A stretch of DNA of 64,000 bases from an uncultured archaeon (GTDB lineage: Archaea; Asgardarchaeota; Thorarchaeia; Thorarchaeales; Thorarchaeaceae), in contig CAYYQL010000002.1 of NCBI GenBank assembly GCA_964473825.1, forward strand, positions 128,001 through 192,000, given 5' to 3'. The translations under genes and the position numbers were made by a program. Each line of letters opens with the position of its first letter. The stretch's first letter is position 1. Shown piece after piece: positions 21,443 through 31,084 of this stretch. The notes below the pieces were generated by a model. That model made no database searches and was not told the origin of the DNA. It saw nothing but the letters and a program-made list of their open reading frames with translations.

Positions 21443-21550
21443 GCCCCTGTAGTGTAGTTCGGCCTAGCATCCGAGACTGTCAAGCTTTGACGCTTGATGT
21501 CTTGGAGCAGACCTCTCGGGACCCGGGTTCGAATCCCGGCGGGGGCGCCA
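21443..21550 (+). tRNA. tRNA-Asp(GTC) with 37/38 intron (21483-21512)
   Basis: GCCCCTG/CGGGGGC, CGAGA/TCTCG stem, BHB, CCA. Confidence 0.94.
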
Positions 21551-21766
21551 CTTTCTTTTGACAAATAGTATTGTGATTCCGCCAAGGCACTGAGTTTGCC
21601 TTGTTGAGATTATGCTTTCACGTATTTCGCGTCTGTTCGAGCACAGTCTTGCTGAGAAACAACCTCTCTTGAAAGCTCTCGAGGAGTTTAATCTGGAATG
21701 GTAGCAATAGGATTGTTGAAATGGACGGCATATACCTTACCGGGTACAATGTTGTTCCAGTGGTGA

Positions 21767-22768
21767 GTGATGATTACAACTGATTTTCTTAGTTCCTGCT
21801 ACAAGGCAATGATACAGCAAGAGCAGTCAATTCCAAGAACCTTGAGGAACGTTCGGGAAGGACAAGAGGATATTCTGAGAAATGCGGACAGAGTGATTCT
21901 GACGGGTGCAGGAGACTCATTAGCAGTGGCAGAATACGGTGCATTGTTATTGCAAGAACTGGGTATTCATGCCATTGCTTTGACGCCACCAGTCGTCAAT
22001 AGATTGCCAATCTCTACAGGAGATCTCCTCGTTGGAATCACAGCATCAGGCAGAAGTCTTTCCACTATTGATGCATTAGAGTATGCTAGGGAAAAACGAG
22101 TCACATCTGTAGTCTTGACAGACAATCCAGATGGAAGCGCTGCAAATCTCGCAGAAACAGTATGGACTACAGTTTCAGGAGTTGATACATACGATATCAT
22201 TCCAACAGCACCTACAACGACAGCAATGGCCTTCCTGCTGGCTCTTGGTTCACGATTGGATGACAGATTGGACCAAGGAATCGAGAAATTACTTGAATAC
22301 CTGCCATCAATGATGGATTGGGCGGAATCTAGGGGAAAAGAGATTGCAGGAAGAATAAGATTGGATGGCATAGTGTGTCTCCTCTCAGAGGGAGCAAATA
22401 TGGTAGCTGCACATATAGGGATGATGAAACTGAATGAGAGCGCACTTGTTCGGGGAGTTGTGGTGCTTCGTGAAGAGTTCGAGCATCATGGCAACCTACC
22501 AGCCCGAGAAGAGGACTTCGTAATCCTAATCAGTGACACGCTGAATAACGAGAAGGATTTCCAGTATATGCAAGTGCTCACTGAACGCATTGAACTCCAA
22601 GCCTATAACCTACATTTGCCTGAAAGATACCAGATAGCGGAGCCAACAGTTCAGGCCTTGGGTAATACAATTGCCATGCAGATGATGGGATATTATCTGA
22701 TTCTCGAACATAATCGCTCAATGGAGTGGTTCAGAATGCCTAACGCAAAAGCATTCAGAATCTATTGA
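21767..22768 (+). CDS. SIS-domain sugar isomerase/deglycase (GlmS-C-like)
   Basis: LTGAGDS, GITASGRS, MKLNE, EEFEHHG. Confidence 0.85.
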   Translation: MMITTDFLSSCYKAMIQQEQSIPRTLRNVREGQEDILRNADRVILTGAGDSLAVAEYGALLLQELGIHAIALTPPVVNRLPISTGDLLVGITASGRSLSTIDALEYAREKRVTSVVLTDNPDGSAANLAETVWTTVSGVDTYDIIPTAPTTTAMAFLLALGSRLDDRLDQGIEKLLEYLPSMMDWAESRGKEIAGRIRLDGIVCLLSEGANMVAAHIGMMKLNESALVRGVVVLREEFEHHGNLPAREEDFVILISDTLNNEKDFQYMQVLTERIELQAYNLHLPERYQIAEPTVQALGNTIAMQMMGYYLILEHNRSMEWFRMPNAKAFRIY

Positions 22769-22829
22769 TCTTCATTGGGACTTGCGATAAGGCAAAAGGT
22801 AACATGTCCTTGCGTGCCTAGATACACAG

Positions 22830-23804
22830 ATGAAAGTGATTGAGATACTCTCGAGGATAGACGACCCTTCTAAGCGCGGAGAGGTTGCAGATTATATCAA
22901 TAACCACGAGAGTGCGTTCTCCGAACTGATTGATAAGGCATTCTCGGACTCGCCTGATGAGATGAAGGAGACGAGGAGGCGACTGCTTGATCTTGTGGAT
23001 CTACTGAATCAACGGATTGCAACAGAGATTATCGAACATGCAATATCCAGTACAGATACCAATACCAGAATAAAAGGGCTGAAAGCGGCCTATAGAAACA
23101 TGGTAGACGTACTGAATGATGAACTTCTAAGTATGCTTGACAACAGAAACTCCAACTTCGAAGCCCGGAAGTGGATTGTTCACATTCTAGCTACAACAGA
23201 TTCTGGGACCTTTGGCCGTAGCCTTAGGGCCTTGGCAAGAAACCACGATGAAACCGTTGAAATTCGCAAAGAGGCAATCTTTGCGTTGACCAATGTTGCT
23301 GATGATGAAAGCTTAGGGATCCTGTGTGCAGTCTTGGGTGATAGCGACGTAGAGATTCGTCGATCAGGAGCTTGGGCATTGAGCAAGATTGGTGACAGGA
23401 GTACTATCAACTGTCTTTTTGCAGCACTTGAAGATCAGGACCCCGATGTCAGGGACTGGGCCATCCGTGCACTACGCGACATGGATGATGCAAGAGCGCT
23501 TCAAGGACTGGCCGACGCACTTCACAGCGTGGCACCCGAGGAGCAGATTCGGATGATACGGCTAGTTGTTGAGAAACGTTCAGAGATTATTCTTCGTGCA
23601 ATTGCTGAGCTCCTCAGTTCGCCTAATACAGAAGTCCGACGAGTCGCAGCATGGGCGATGGGAGTATCTCCTTATCCGCCAGCTGCAGGAAGTCTTGAAA
23701 CTCTATTGAGTGACCAGGATGAACAGACGAGATATTATGCTAGGACGGCATTGCAGCGCTTAGGCACCGTAGAATACTCTGACTTTGGCTCGTTCCTTGA
23801 ATAA
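22830..23804 (+). CDS. HEAT/PBS-lyase repeat protein
   Basis: Repeated D.D.EVR..AAWAL motifs. Confidence 0.85.
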   Translation: MKVIEILSRIDDPSKRGEVADYINNHESAFSELIDKAFSDSPDEMKETRRRLLDLVDLLNQRIATEIIEHAISSTDTNTRIKGLKAAYRNMVDVLNDELLSMLDNRNSNFEARKWIVHILATTDSGTFGRSLRALARNHDETVEIRKEAIFALTNVADDESLGILCAVLGDSDVEIRRSGAWALSKIGDRSTINCLFAALEDQDPDVRDWAIRALRDMDDARALQGLADALHSVAPEEQIRMIRLVVEKRSEIILRAIAELLSSPNTEVRRVAAWAMGVSPYPPAAGSLETLLSDQDEQTRYYARTALQRLGTVEYSDFGSFLE

Positions 23805-24560
23805 TCACATCATTCCTCTATACAGACCGCCATCTATGAGCAGCAAGGTTCCATGGATATAACTTGAAACGGGGCTCAAGAGGAATGCACTCGCTCTTCC
23901 AAATTCCTTGGGTGTCCCCATTCTTCCCAGTGGAATACGTGATATGATTTCACCCTTTGAAGAAGAGTCATCCGAGAGTAGCTCATCAACACGATCGGTC
24001 AAAATCCAGCCCGGGCAGATTGCATTGACTCTCATACCAGTGGGTCCGATTTCATCCGCAAGAGTGCGCATCATGCCAATGACCGCTGAACGGAGTGAAT
24101 TGGAGAGCATAAGGTTCTCGATGGGCTGTTTCACCGAGATTGAAGTACTGTACAGAATAGAGGGAGAATCGGCGTTCCGAAGAAGAGGGAGAGCCTCTCG
24201 GGTTAAACGTACAGCACTCATCAGCGTCAGGTTATATGCTCTCAGCCACTGTTCTTCCGACAGATCGGAGAATGAACCAGGTGGAGGGCCTCCTGCATTG
24301 ACAAAGAGGCCATCAATATGATCCGTGATGGCTGCTACATCGACAAGCAGAGCCGTGATATCTTCCTCTTGTGATAAATCGCAGACGAAGAAACGAGATA
24401 GATTTCCAAGGGAGCTGGTGGCAGACTTCAGAGCCGCTTTCTGGCGGCTACAGATTATAACGCTGGCGCCCTCCCCTACTAGTGCCTCTGCGACGCCATA
24501 ACCAAGCCCTCGAGAAGCGGCGGTCACTAAGAAGGTCTTTCCCTCTAGTCTAAGGTCCAT
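23805..24560 (-). CDS. Short-chain dehydrogenase/reductase
   Basis: VTAASRGLG, NAGGPPPG, VNAICPG, IPLGRMG. Confidence 0.92.
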   Translation of the reverse strand: MDLRLEGKTFLVTAASRGLGYGVAEALVGEGASVIICSRQKAALKSATSSLGNLSRFFVCDLSQEEDITALLVDVAAITDHIDGLFVNAGGPPPGSFSDLSEEQWLRAYNLTLMSAVRLTREALPLLRNADSPSILYSTSISVKQPIENLMLSNSLRSAVIGMMRTLADEIGPTGMRVNAICPGWILTDRVDELLSDDSSSKGEIISRIPLGRMGTPKEFGRASAFLLSPVSSYIHGTLLLIDGGLYRGMM

Positions 24561-24617
24561 GATGAATTGATCACCATCAGACAGAATTGAGATGGAGCTA
24601 TTTCACTGCTCCGAAAC

Positions 24618-24920
24618 TTAACCCCCCACTTCGTTTCGTTCCGATTCTGTGCGGGCGCCCATCACCACTTCAAGATGGACAAAGGCAGCACTAAGTCTTC
24701 GGAAGGAGTTCTCCACCTGAAAATGACCAATACCCATCGAATTCAGCGCCTTCTTGATCTTTCGTGGGGTCAACCGTTTGTTATCTCTGGATCCAAATGC
24801 TAGGAGAACTCGTGTTTCATTGACATCTGGCATTTGACATACTGAGTGACACTCAATGCCCTTCTCCTTGAGTCCGCTCTTTATGGTAGAAACGATTGCT
24901 GTCATTGTGTCTGTCAACAA
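24618..24920 (-). CDS. Hypothetical protein
   Basis: 100-aa ORF with protein-like composition, co-oriented with the SDR gene. Confidence 0.6.
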   Translation of the reverse strand: MLTDTMTAIVSTIKSGLKEKGIECHSVCQMPDVNETRVLLAFGSRDNKRLTPRKIKKALNSMGIGHFQVENSFRRLSAAFVHLEVVMGARTESERNEVGG

Positions 24921-25197
24921 GAATTATGTTCCTGATTGGAGTACTAAAAGACCCGTAATATGCAAGTATTACCGTGTAGTTCGCGCGAAATACGTACAGA
25001 ACGACACTCCTACTGGAGATGACGGTGACGATAGGGACGTGTACCTCCAAACGATGCAATCCGCCGTAGTCATCGGTTCATTAACAATATAAAACTCTGG
25101 ACATATCTGGGTCGAGGATACATGGCACCTCAAGTTCCCAAGCATGTTCTGCCTGAACTGCTTCCTTTCTATTATTCCCGAAACGGACAACCGAAAA

Positions 25198-25274
25198 TGG
25201 TCGGAGCGGCCGGATTTGAACCGGCAACCGATGGATCTACAGTCCATTGCTCTGCCAGGTTGAGCTACGCTCCG
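25198..25274 (-). tRNA. tRNA-Tyr(GTA), intronless
   Basis: C1-G72 pair, ATGGA/TCCAT stem, A73, CCA. Confidence 0.95.
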
Positions 25275-25402
25275 CAAGGGGGGAGCACAGCGATTTTCCT
25301 TTAAAGATTTCCCATTGAGTGCATCGGAAATTTCTCCTGGGTTTGTTTGTTCATAGCCATAATGATCTCACGATTCGACTTTACGAGGGGGAGGAATACA
25401 AT

Positions 25403-25561
25403 ATGAAATCTGCTCCGATGACATTGAGATTCTCGGAGATAGATGGACAATCCCGGTTCTGTACGTGCCTTAACTTTATAGAGGATGACTATCGAAACAA
25501 CAAGAAGAGTAGACGAATTGCCCTTGTTTCTCGGAACCTTGAAAGGGCTTGGGGTCCTTGA
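25403..25561 (+). CDS. Putative 52-aa protein
   Basis: Strong GGGGGAGGA SD upstream of the ATG; no recognised homology. Confidence 0.45.
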   Translation: MKSAPMTLRFSEIDGQSRFCTCLNFIEDDYRNNKKSRRIALVSRNLERAWGP

Positions 25562-25592
25562 CTGAGATGACATACAACAAGGAGGTCCGAAC

Positions 25593-27815
25593 CTGAACGA
25601 TTCCCCAATTGAAATTATCTTTCCCATCTCTGAGGTCAATAGGATTGCAGAGAAGGAATCGACAGGATTTGGCAGAAGACACTATCGTCCAGTATACGTC
25701 ATGCACAAGTGGTGGGCGAGACGGTTGGGTTCTGTGTTTCGGGCGATACTATTGTATACTCTGGCTGATTCCAGCTTAGAAGGGTGGGATGGCAACCCGA
25801 AAAGCCTCTGGCAATTCTATGCTCGCGATGTAACTATGGAACCGAAGACTGTACTCGATCCAATGATGGGTGGCGGAACTACCATTGTTGAGAGTCTGAG
25901 ATTTGGATGTAGAGTCATAGGTGGAGACCTTAATCCTGTAGCTTGGTTTGTCGTCAAGAAACAGGTAGAAGACTTGGACCCGAAGCTGCTAGAGCAGAGT
26001 ATGAAGAAACTGGACGATGATCTGGGCGATGAACTGCGTCGCCACTATGTGACAAAATGCCCTGTATGTGGAAGAGATGCTGAGGGACTCTACTATTTTC
26101 ACACGAAGATGGTATCATGTCCTGACTGTGGTAGAGAACTCCCATTAGTCAGGGATTTCTTTCTTGCTCGCTCTCGCAGAGAAGAGGGGGATGTTGTGGT
26201 GTGTCCCAGCTGTTGGAACGTCTTTGAAACACCGGATGCAGAGAAACATACATCCTGCCCCCAATGTAGCAACGAGTTTGTTCCGAAAAAGTGCGGTCAT
26301 GTAAGGGGGAGAAGTTTCAGGTGCTGCGGTAAAGAGTGTGAGTCGCATAGCATTGTGGATCATATTCAGAAGAACGGGCGACCCTCAGAGAGGATGTATG
26401 CCGTTGAGTTCTACTGTCCCCATTGTGATGATGAGGAAGATTCAAGGCTTAAGAACGGGAGGGGATACAAGACGAGTGATGATCAAGATATACAGCTTCT
26501 CGAGGCTGCACGCGAGGAGTTCGAGAAAATAGGTCATAATTTGCCCATTCCAGACACGCGTATTCCTGATGGAGTTGAAACCCGACGGGCGTTAAACCAT
26601 CAATATAATCGGTTCCGAGATATGTTCAACAAACGTCAGCTGCTGAACCTTGGCAAAATATATCGTTGGATCTTGCAGGAAGAGAATGCGAATCTACGGG
26701 AGTTTCTGATTCTTGCATTCTCTAACTGCTTGAAGTACAACAACATGTTCTGCAAGTATAACGGAACGAGAGGCTTCATAACTGATATATTCCGTACGCA
26801 CTCCTTTTCGCCCTCGATGGCACCTGTCGAGTGCAACTGTTATGATATAACAAAGGGAAGAGGATCTTTCAGTGCCTTTGTGAACTTGGTCATCGAAGGG
26901 AAAGAGTACTGCATGAATCCTTTCGAGAGACACTTTCACCACGGGCAGATGAAGAAGACTCGAACGGAAACACCAATCTCCGGCAATGTCGTCGGTAGCT
27001 ACAAACAGTTAGAGAGTCCCGGAGACACCCTCTTGATGTGCAGTTCCTCTGCTCATCTAGAGATACCAGACAGTTCAGTTGATATCGTGGTCACCGACCC
27101 GCCATATGCGGACAACGTGATGTACTCTGAGCTGTCGAATTTCTTCTATGTCTGGCTGAAAATCGGGCTAGGTAGCGATTATGACGAATTCGGGAGTGCA
27201 CTGGTTCCTTGGGAATCGGAGGTGATAGCAAATAGAGTGCAGAACAAATCACCAGATGACTTCCTAGACGGCCTGCGCAGCATTCTTGAAGAAACAAATC
27301 GGGTGCTGAAGGAAAACGGAATACTTGTCTTCACATTTCATCACAAGTCCTTGGATGCATGGTCTTCTGTGCTGCAGGCTGTGCTAGATGCAGGATTCTT
27401 CATCCGGACAATCTATCCTGTTAGGAGCGAGATGAAGGCATCCACTCACTTTCTAGGCAAGAGCAACATCAAGTACGATGTGATTATTGTCTGTAAGAAG
27501 CGAAAAGAGAAAGGAGAATCCATCACTTGGGCTGAGTTGGCTTCAGAGATTCAGTCTTCTGCAACTCACCTAATGAAACGTATGAACTCCTCGGGTGAGG
27601 ACTTGGGACGGTTAGATAGATATGTCATTGCTGTTGGGAAGTGTTTGGAGCTCTATTCGCAATATTACCCGCAAGTCATAGAAGAGCAGATGCCGGTAGA
27701 TGTGAGAACCGCTGTTGAAAGAATTGAGAATTGGACTCTTGATATCGGTTTCAGAAGAACAGGAGTTGTGGTAGAAGACCAAGGACTGCAAGAATCACCC
27801 CAGTCAGAATCATAG
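25593..27815 (+). CDS. DUF1156-type adenine DNA methyltransferase with Zn-ribbon insert (probable CTG start)
   Basis: PIEIIFPISEVNRIAEKE...HKWWARR N-terminus, DPMMGGGT (motif I), TDPPY (motif IV), many CxxC; SD GGAGGT at 25581-86. Confidence 0.88.
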   Translation: MNDSPIEIIFPISEVNRIAEKESTGFGRRHYRPVYVMHKWWARRLGSVFRAILLYTLADSSLEGWDGNPKSLWQFYARDVTMEPKTVLDPMMGGGTTIVESLRFGCRVIGGDLNPVAWFVVKKQVEDLDPKLLEQSMKKLDDDLGDELRRHYVTKCPVCGRDAEGLYYFHTKMVSCPDCGRELPLVRDFFLARSRREEGDVVVCPSCWNVFETPDAEKHTSCPQCSNEFVPKKCGHVRGRSFRCCGKECESHSIVDHIQKNGRPSERMYAVEFYCPHCDDEEDSRLKNGRGYKTSDDQDIQLLEAAREEFEKIGHNLPIPDTRIPDGVETRRALNHQYNRFRDMFNKRQLLNLGKIYRWILQEENANLREFLILAFSNCLKYNNMFCKYNGTRGFITDIFRTHSFSPSMAPVECNCYDITKGRGSFSAFVNLVIEGKEYCMNPFERHFHHGQMKKTRTETPISGNVVGSYKQLESPGDTLLMCSSSAHLEIPDSSVDIVVTDPPYADNVMYSELSNFFYVWLKIGLGSDYDEFGSALVPWESEVIANRVQNKSPDDFLDGLRSILEETNRVLKENGILVFTFHHKSLDAWSSVLQAVLDAGFFIRTIYPVRSEMKASTHFLGKSNIKYDVIIVCKKRKEKGESITWAELASEIQSSATHLMKRMNSSGEDLGRLDRYVIAVGKCLELYSQYYPQVIEEQMPVDVRTAVERIENWTLDIGFRRTGVVVEDQGLQESPQSES

Positions 27816-28569
27816 TCATGAAAAAGCACACAGCGGTGTCTTTGAGCGTCCAGAAAGGTCTGCGAAGATACGTGCGAGTGTCTTGGTATCCGAAGCCGCG
27901 ACCGTCCATCGATAAAGACAGAGACTCAGCCTTGGTGAGCGCTGACACTAGTAAAGGGAAGAATGTGTAACGGATGGTTCGTAGTGTCTTACTTACTCCT
28001 CCCACCTTAGGATATACTCCCCTTGAGTGTTGAGCCATACGTACGGTTTCATTTTCTTGATCAAAGAGAGGCAAAAAGCGGAGTGCCACTACAAGTCCGA
28101 ACGCGTATCTGTAAGGGATTCCGATGTCTGTGAGAGCATAGGACAAGAGTGTGGGGTCAGTAGTGGCCACAAAGAGCATGCTGGATAGGACTATGACCAG
28201 GAAACGTAGCATTATGGAAACACCACGACTAATGCCGTAGTCTGTCACTGGGAGGGCAGGTCCAACGGGGCCAATCCTTGGAATCAGGTACCAGAAAACG
28301 GTTCCATTCATAGTAACAAGTACTTGAACAATGAACAGCAGAATGGAGAAGACAAGAATGAACCTCAGCTTTCGAACGACTCGTGCAAGAGATACCTTTG
28401 CTAGGCGAAAAGTAAGCAATAGAATGGACAAAACGAGAAGGCCGAATACCCCGTTCTGGTAAAGAATCACTGATGTATTCAAAGCAATTAGTATCCAGAA
28501 TTTTGTCAGGGGATGTAACTGGTGAATGGGGGACTTGACATCCATGAAACCGATTCTAGAAGGCATCAA
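27751..28569 (-). CDS. ecfT: ECF transporter T component
   Basis: HPLTK, ALRFLP, AQHSRG, SMDGRGF, RTYLR. Confidence 0.92.
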   Translation of the reverse strand: MMPSRIGFMDVKSPIHQLHPLTKFWILIALNTSVILYQNGVFGLLVLSILLLTFRLAKVSLARVVRKLRFILVFSILLFIVQVLVTMNGTVFWYLIPRIGPVGPALPVTDYGISRGVSIMLRFLVIVLSSMLFVATTDPTLLSYALTDIGIPYRYAFGLVVALRFLPLFDQENETVRMAQHSRGVYPKVGGVSKTLRTIRYTFFPLLVSALTKAESLSLSMDGRGFGYQDTRTYLRRPFWTLKDTAVCFFMTMILTGVILAVLGLLPQLLFF

Positions 28570-30014
28570 ACATCACCTGGTCTGTTGACGTATTCACTGC
28601 GTCCAAGTCTGCGAAGCTGATTCATGACATCGGCTGGCTTGCCATCGAGTAGAATCCGTCCATCGTCGATGAATACAATTCTGTCGCAGAACTGCACGGC
28701 AAACTGAGAGTCATGAGTCACAACAATGGCAGAGCCTCCACGATTTACTGTTGAGAGAATCATGCTCTGGACAAACTCGCGTCCCTGAACATCTTGGCCG
28801 ATGAAAGGTTCGTCAAGGAGGAGTAGTTCGGGTTCATGCATCATTATGGAAGATATGTTCAGTCTTCTCTTCTGACCGTGGCTTAGGGAGAAGGGATTCC
28901 GAGTACGAGTGTCAGCTAGTCCTGTCAGTTCAAGTAATTCATTGGCCCTTTCAAGGGCCTCCTCTTCCTCCAGTCCGAATATGTCTATGCCGAGAGTCTG
29001 TTCCCTCCATACGGAGGTTTCGAAGATTTGATGATTGGGGTTCTGAAAGACAACAGCAGTCTTTTTTGCAACAGCGGTCTTTGGCAAACTCTCTATTGTT
29101 TCTGAGTCCAGATAGACCAGACCCCTCTGAGGAGATAGCAGTCCTGCAAGAAGCAGCAGAAGGGTAGTCTTACCCGACCCATTATCCCCCATGAGAGCCA
29201 CAACCTCTTTTCTGGCCACTTCGATTGTGATATCCTGAACTGCATGTAGAGAGCCGTAGGAATACGCTATCGATTCTGCCCGAATCAGGGGACGATAATC
29301 TCGTTCAATTGGTGGTCTGATGGCCGAAGAGCTGAATTCGGATGATGGGCTGAAGGGCACGATATCATCACCTGTGAGGGACAATATCCTGTCTGCAATC
29401 GAACGCAGTTTCTCGAAACGATGTTCGATGCACAGTACTCCCATGCCCTGAGACCTTAGGTTTGATAGAACATGACGAAGCTTGGTCGCACCTGCGGGAT
29501 CAAGGCTTGAAGTGGGCTCGTCAAGTATCAGATAATCAGGCTCAGGTGCCAACATCGATGCAATGGCAACACGCTGCTTTTCGCCCCCCGAGAGCTGATA
29601 TGTAGCCCGATCTCTCAGGTCAGTGCGCTCCACTGCCTCGAGGGAACTGGTGACCCTTTGAGCTAGTTCACCTTCAGGAATTAGGAAGTTCTCGGGACCG
29701 AATGCTACTTCATCCGACACGCGCAGGGTACATAGCTGACCCTCGGGATCCTGTTGCACCAGAGCTATCTTCCGAGCTATCTCACTGATTCTCATCGAAT
29801 CTAAGTCATTGTCGTCAACTGCAACATAACCAGAGAGAGTGCCAGCTATTACGTGGGGGATGAATCCCGCGAGACATCTTGCTAGGGTAGACTTACCCGA
29901 ACCGGTTGGACCTGTAAGAAGGACAATTTCTCCTCTGTCCAAGTTCATTGAAACACTGTCAAGAACGATGCTTCCATCAACATATGAGAAACTGACATCT
30001 CTTGCCTCAAGCAT
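28566..30014 (-). CDS. ECF transporter fused double ATPase
   Basis: Two ABC cassettes: GPTGSGKS/LSGGEKQR and GDNGSGKT/LSHGQKRR; QDP/QNP Q-helices. Confidence 0.93.
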   Translation of the reverse strand: MLEARDVSFSYVDGSIVLDSVSMNLDRGEIVLLTGPTGSGKSTLARCLAGFIPHVIAGTLSGYVAVDDNDLDSMRISEIARKIALVQQDPEGQLCTLRVSDEVAFGPENFLIPEGELAQRVTSSLEAVERTDLRDRATYQLSGGEKQRVAIASMLAPEPDYLILDEPTSSLDPAGATKLRHVLSNLRSQGMGVLCIEHRFEKLRSIADRILSLTGDDIVPFSPSSEFSSSAIRPPIERDYRPLIRAESIAYSYGSLHAVQDITIEVARKEVVALMGDNGSGKTTLLLLLAGLLSPQRGLVYLDSETIESLPKTAVAKKTAVVFQNPNHQIFETSVWREQTLGIDIFGLEEEEALERANELLELTGLADTRTRNPFSLSHGQKRRLNISSIMMHEPELLLLDEPFIGQDVQGREFVQSMILSTVNRGGSAIVVTHDSQFAVQFCDRIVFIDDGRILLDGKPADVMNQLRRLGRSEYVNRPGDV

Positions 30015-30025
30015 TCTCTACCCGC

Positions 30026-31084
30026 CTAATAGATATGTAGCTCGGTCACCTGTCTTACCCAAACAGATCCCTCGTAGTTCCCGGCTATCAGCCAGAGGCC
30101 GTCACTAGATTCTGTAAGTAAAAGTCTTTGATCAGCTAGAACTGCCTCGAGATTGAAAGTAATTGTATACCCATCTCTGGCAATCACCTGTATACTACTC
30201 GTCTGTGGCTCTGGTTCTGCTACACCAATAATGGTTGATAGTAAGACCCCTGTGTAGTTAGTTGGAGGAATGTAGGTGTATGCCCCTTGGAGTTCTGCTA
30301 CAATAGTTACTTCATACTCTGAGAAATCAGCATGGTGATATATGTAGGGATTATCAACACGGCCCGTCACCGCACATGAATATGGATCAGCAAATACGTC
30401 TGCAATGGCTACCACGTAATAGGTGGACCCAAGAACAAGAAAGGTCACAAAGACAAACGCGGGAAGATTTCGTCGGATGATAACGGAACGGCCTTCTCTT
30501 TCTGTCACAGGAGGGTGATGTGTCAGACCCGCCTCATCTAGGAAACCCAGAGTTTCCCATGCAAAATAGCCGGCGAATATTATACCCGAACAGAATGCTA
30601 GTATCGTGATTAGGCCTATGTAGATCAAGGGTGTTCCGACAAAGTAGAAGAGCTGGAATGCGATAACGTTGGATGCGGACGACAGACCGGCGAAAAGCCA
30701 CCAGTTCAGTCGTTCCATGGCTGGTCTATCGGACGTAGCGTTAGGAGAAATCGAGGGAATATCAAGGATGATACCTTGAACAAGTGACACGATGACGGTC
30801 ACTATTCCATGTGTACTACCAGTGAACATCTCTACAAATCCTTTCAGGAAGCCAGCGAAAGTGCCAGAGCCACGTTTGGGGACAAGTACTCGAATCAACA
30901 CAATCCAGAAGACATGTAATCCTGCAATGATTTGTCCTGCACCGAAAGGGACTCCAACGGCGATATTAATCAGGTTTCCTAGATAACCAACAAAAGTGCT
31001 AAGAGCCCCACCTAACGAAGAGAGAATGAATAGTGTCACAAGTTCTCTTGTGGTCATAAGGTTCGAGAGGTTTTTCTCTGTCAT
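30026..31084 (-). CDS. ECF S-component (YkoE-like) fused to a C-terminal molybdopterin-binding-fold domain
   Basis: About 6 TM N-terminal region (KRGSG...GFVEMFTG...VQG..D), a further TM, then VTGRV..YTGVLL..ARDGY..WVRQV. Confidence 0.8.
   Translation of the reverse strand: MTEKNLSNLMTTRELVTLFILSSLGGALSTFVGYLGNLINIAVGVPFGAGQIIAGLHVFWIVLIRVLVPKRGSGTFAGFLKGFVEMFTGSTHGIVTVIVSLVQGIILDIPSISPNATSDRPAMERLNWWLFAGLSSASNVIAFQLFYFVGTPLIYIGLITILAFCSGIIFAGYFAWETLGFLDEAGLTHHPPVTEREGRSVIIRRNLPAFVFVTFLVLGSTYYVVAIADVFADPYSCAVTGRVDNPYIYHHADFSEYEVTIVAELQGAYTYIPPTNYTGVLLSTIIGVAEPEPQTSSIQVIARDGYTITFNLEAVLADQRLLLTESSDGLWLIAGNYEGSVWVRQVTELHIY

Noticed and set aside
21331-21585. Tracked ORFs overlapping tRNA genes (also 24969-25277, 35860-36123, 39868-40140, 44112-44360, 49800-50135)
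   Set aside because: Explained by tRNA sequence; not protein-like
25198-27815. tRNA-Tyr-integrated mobile element carrying the methylase
   Set aside because: Methylase lies on the 5' side of the tRNA; no integrase or att duplication seen
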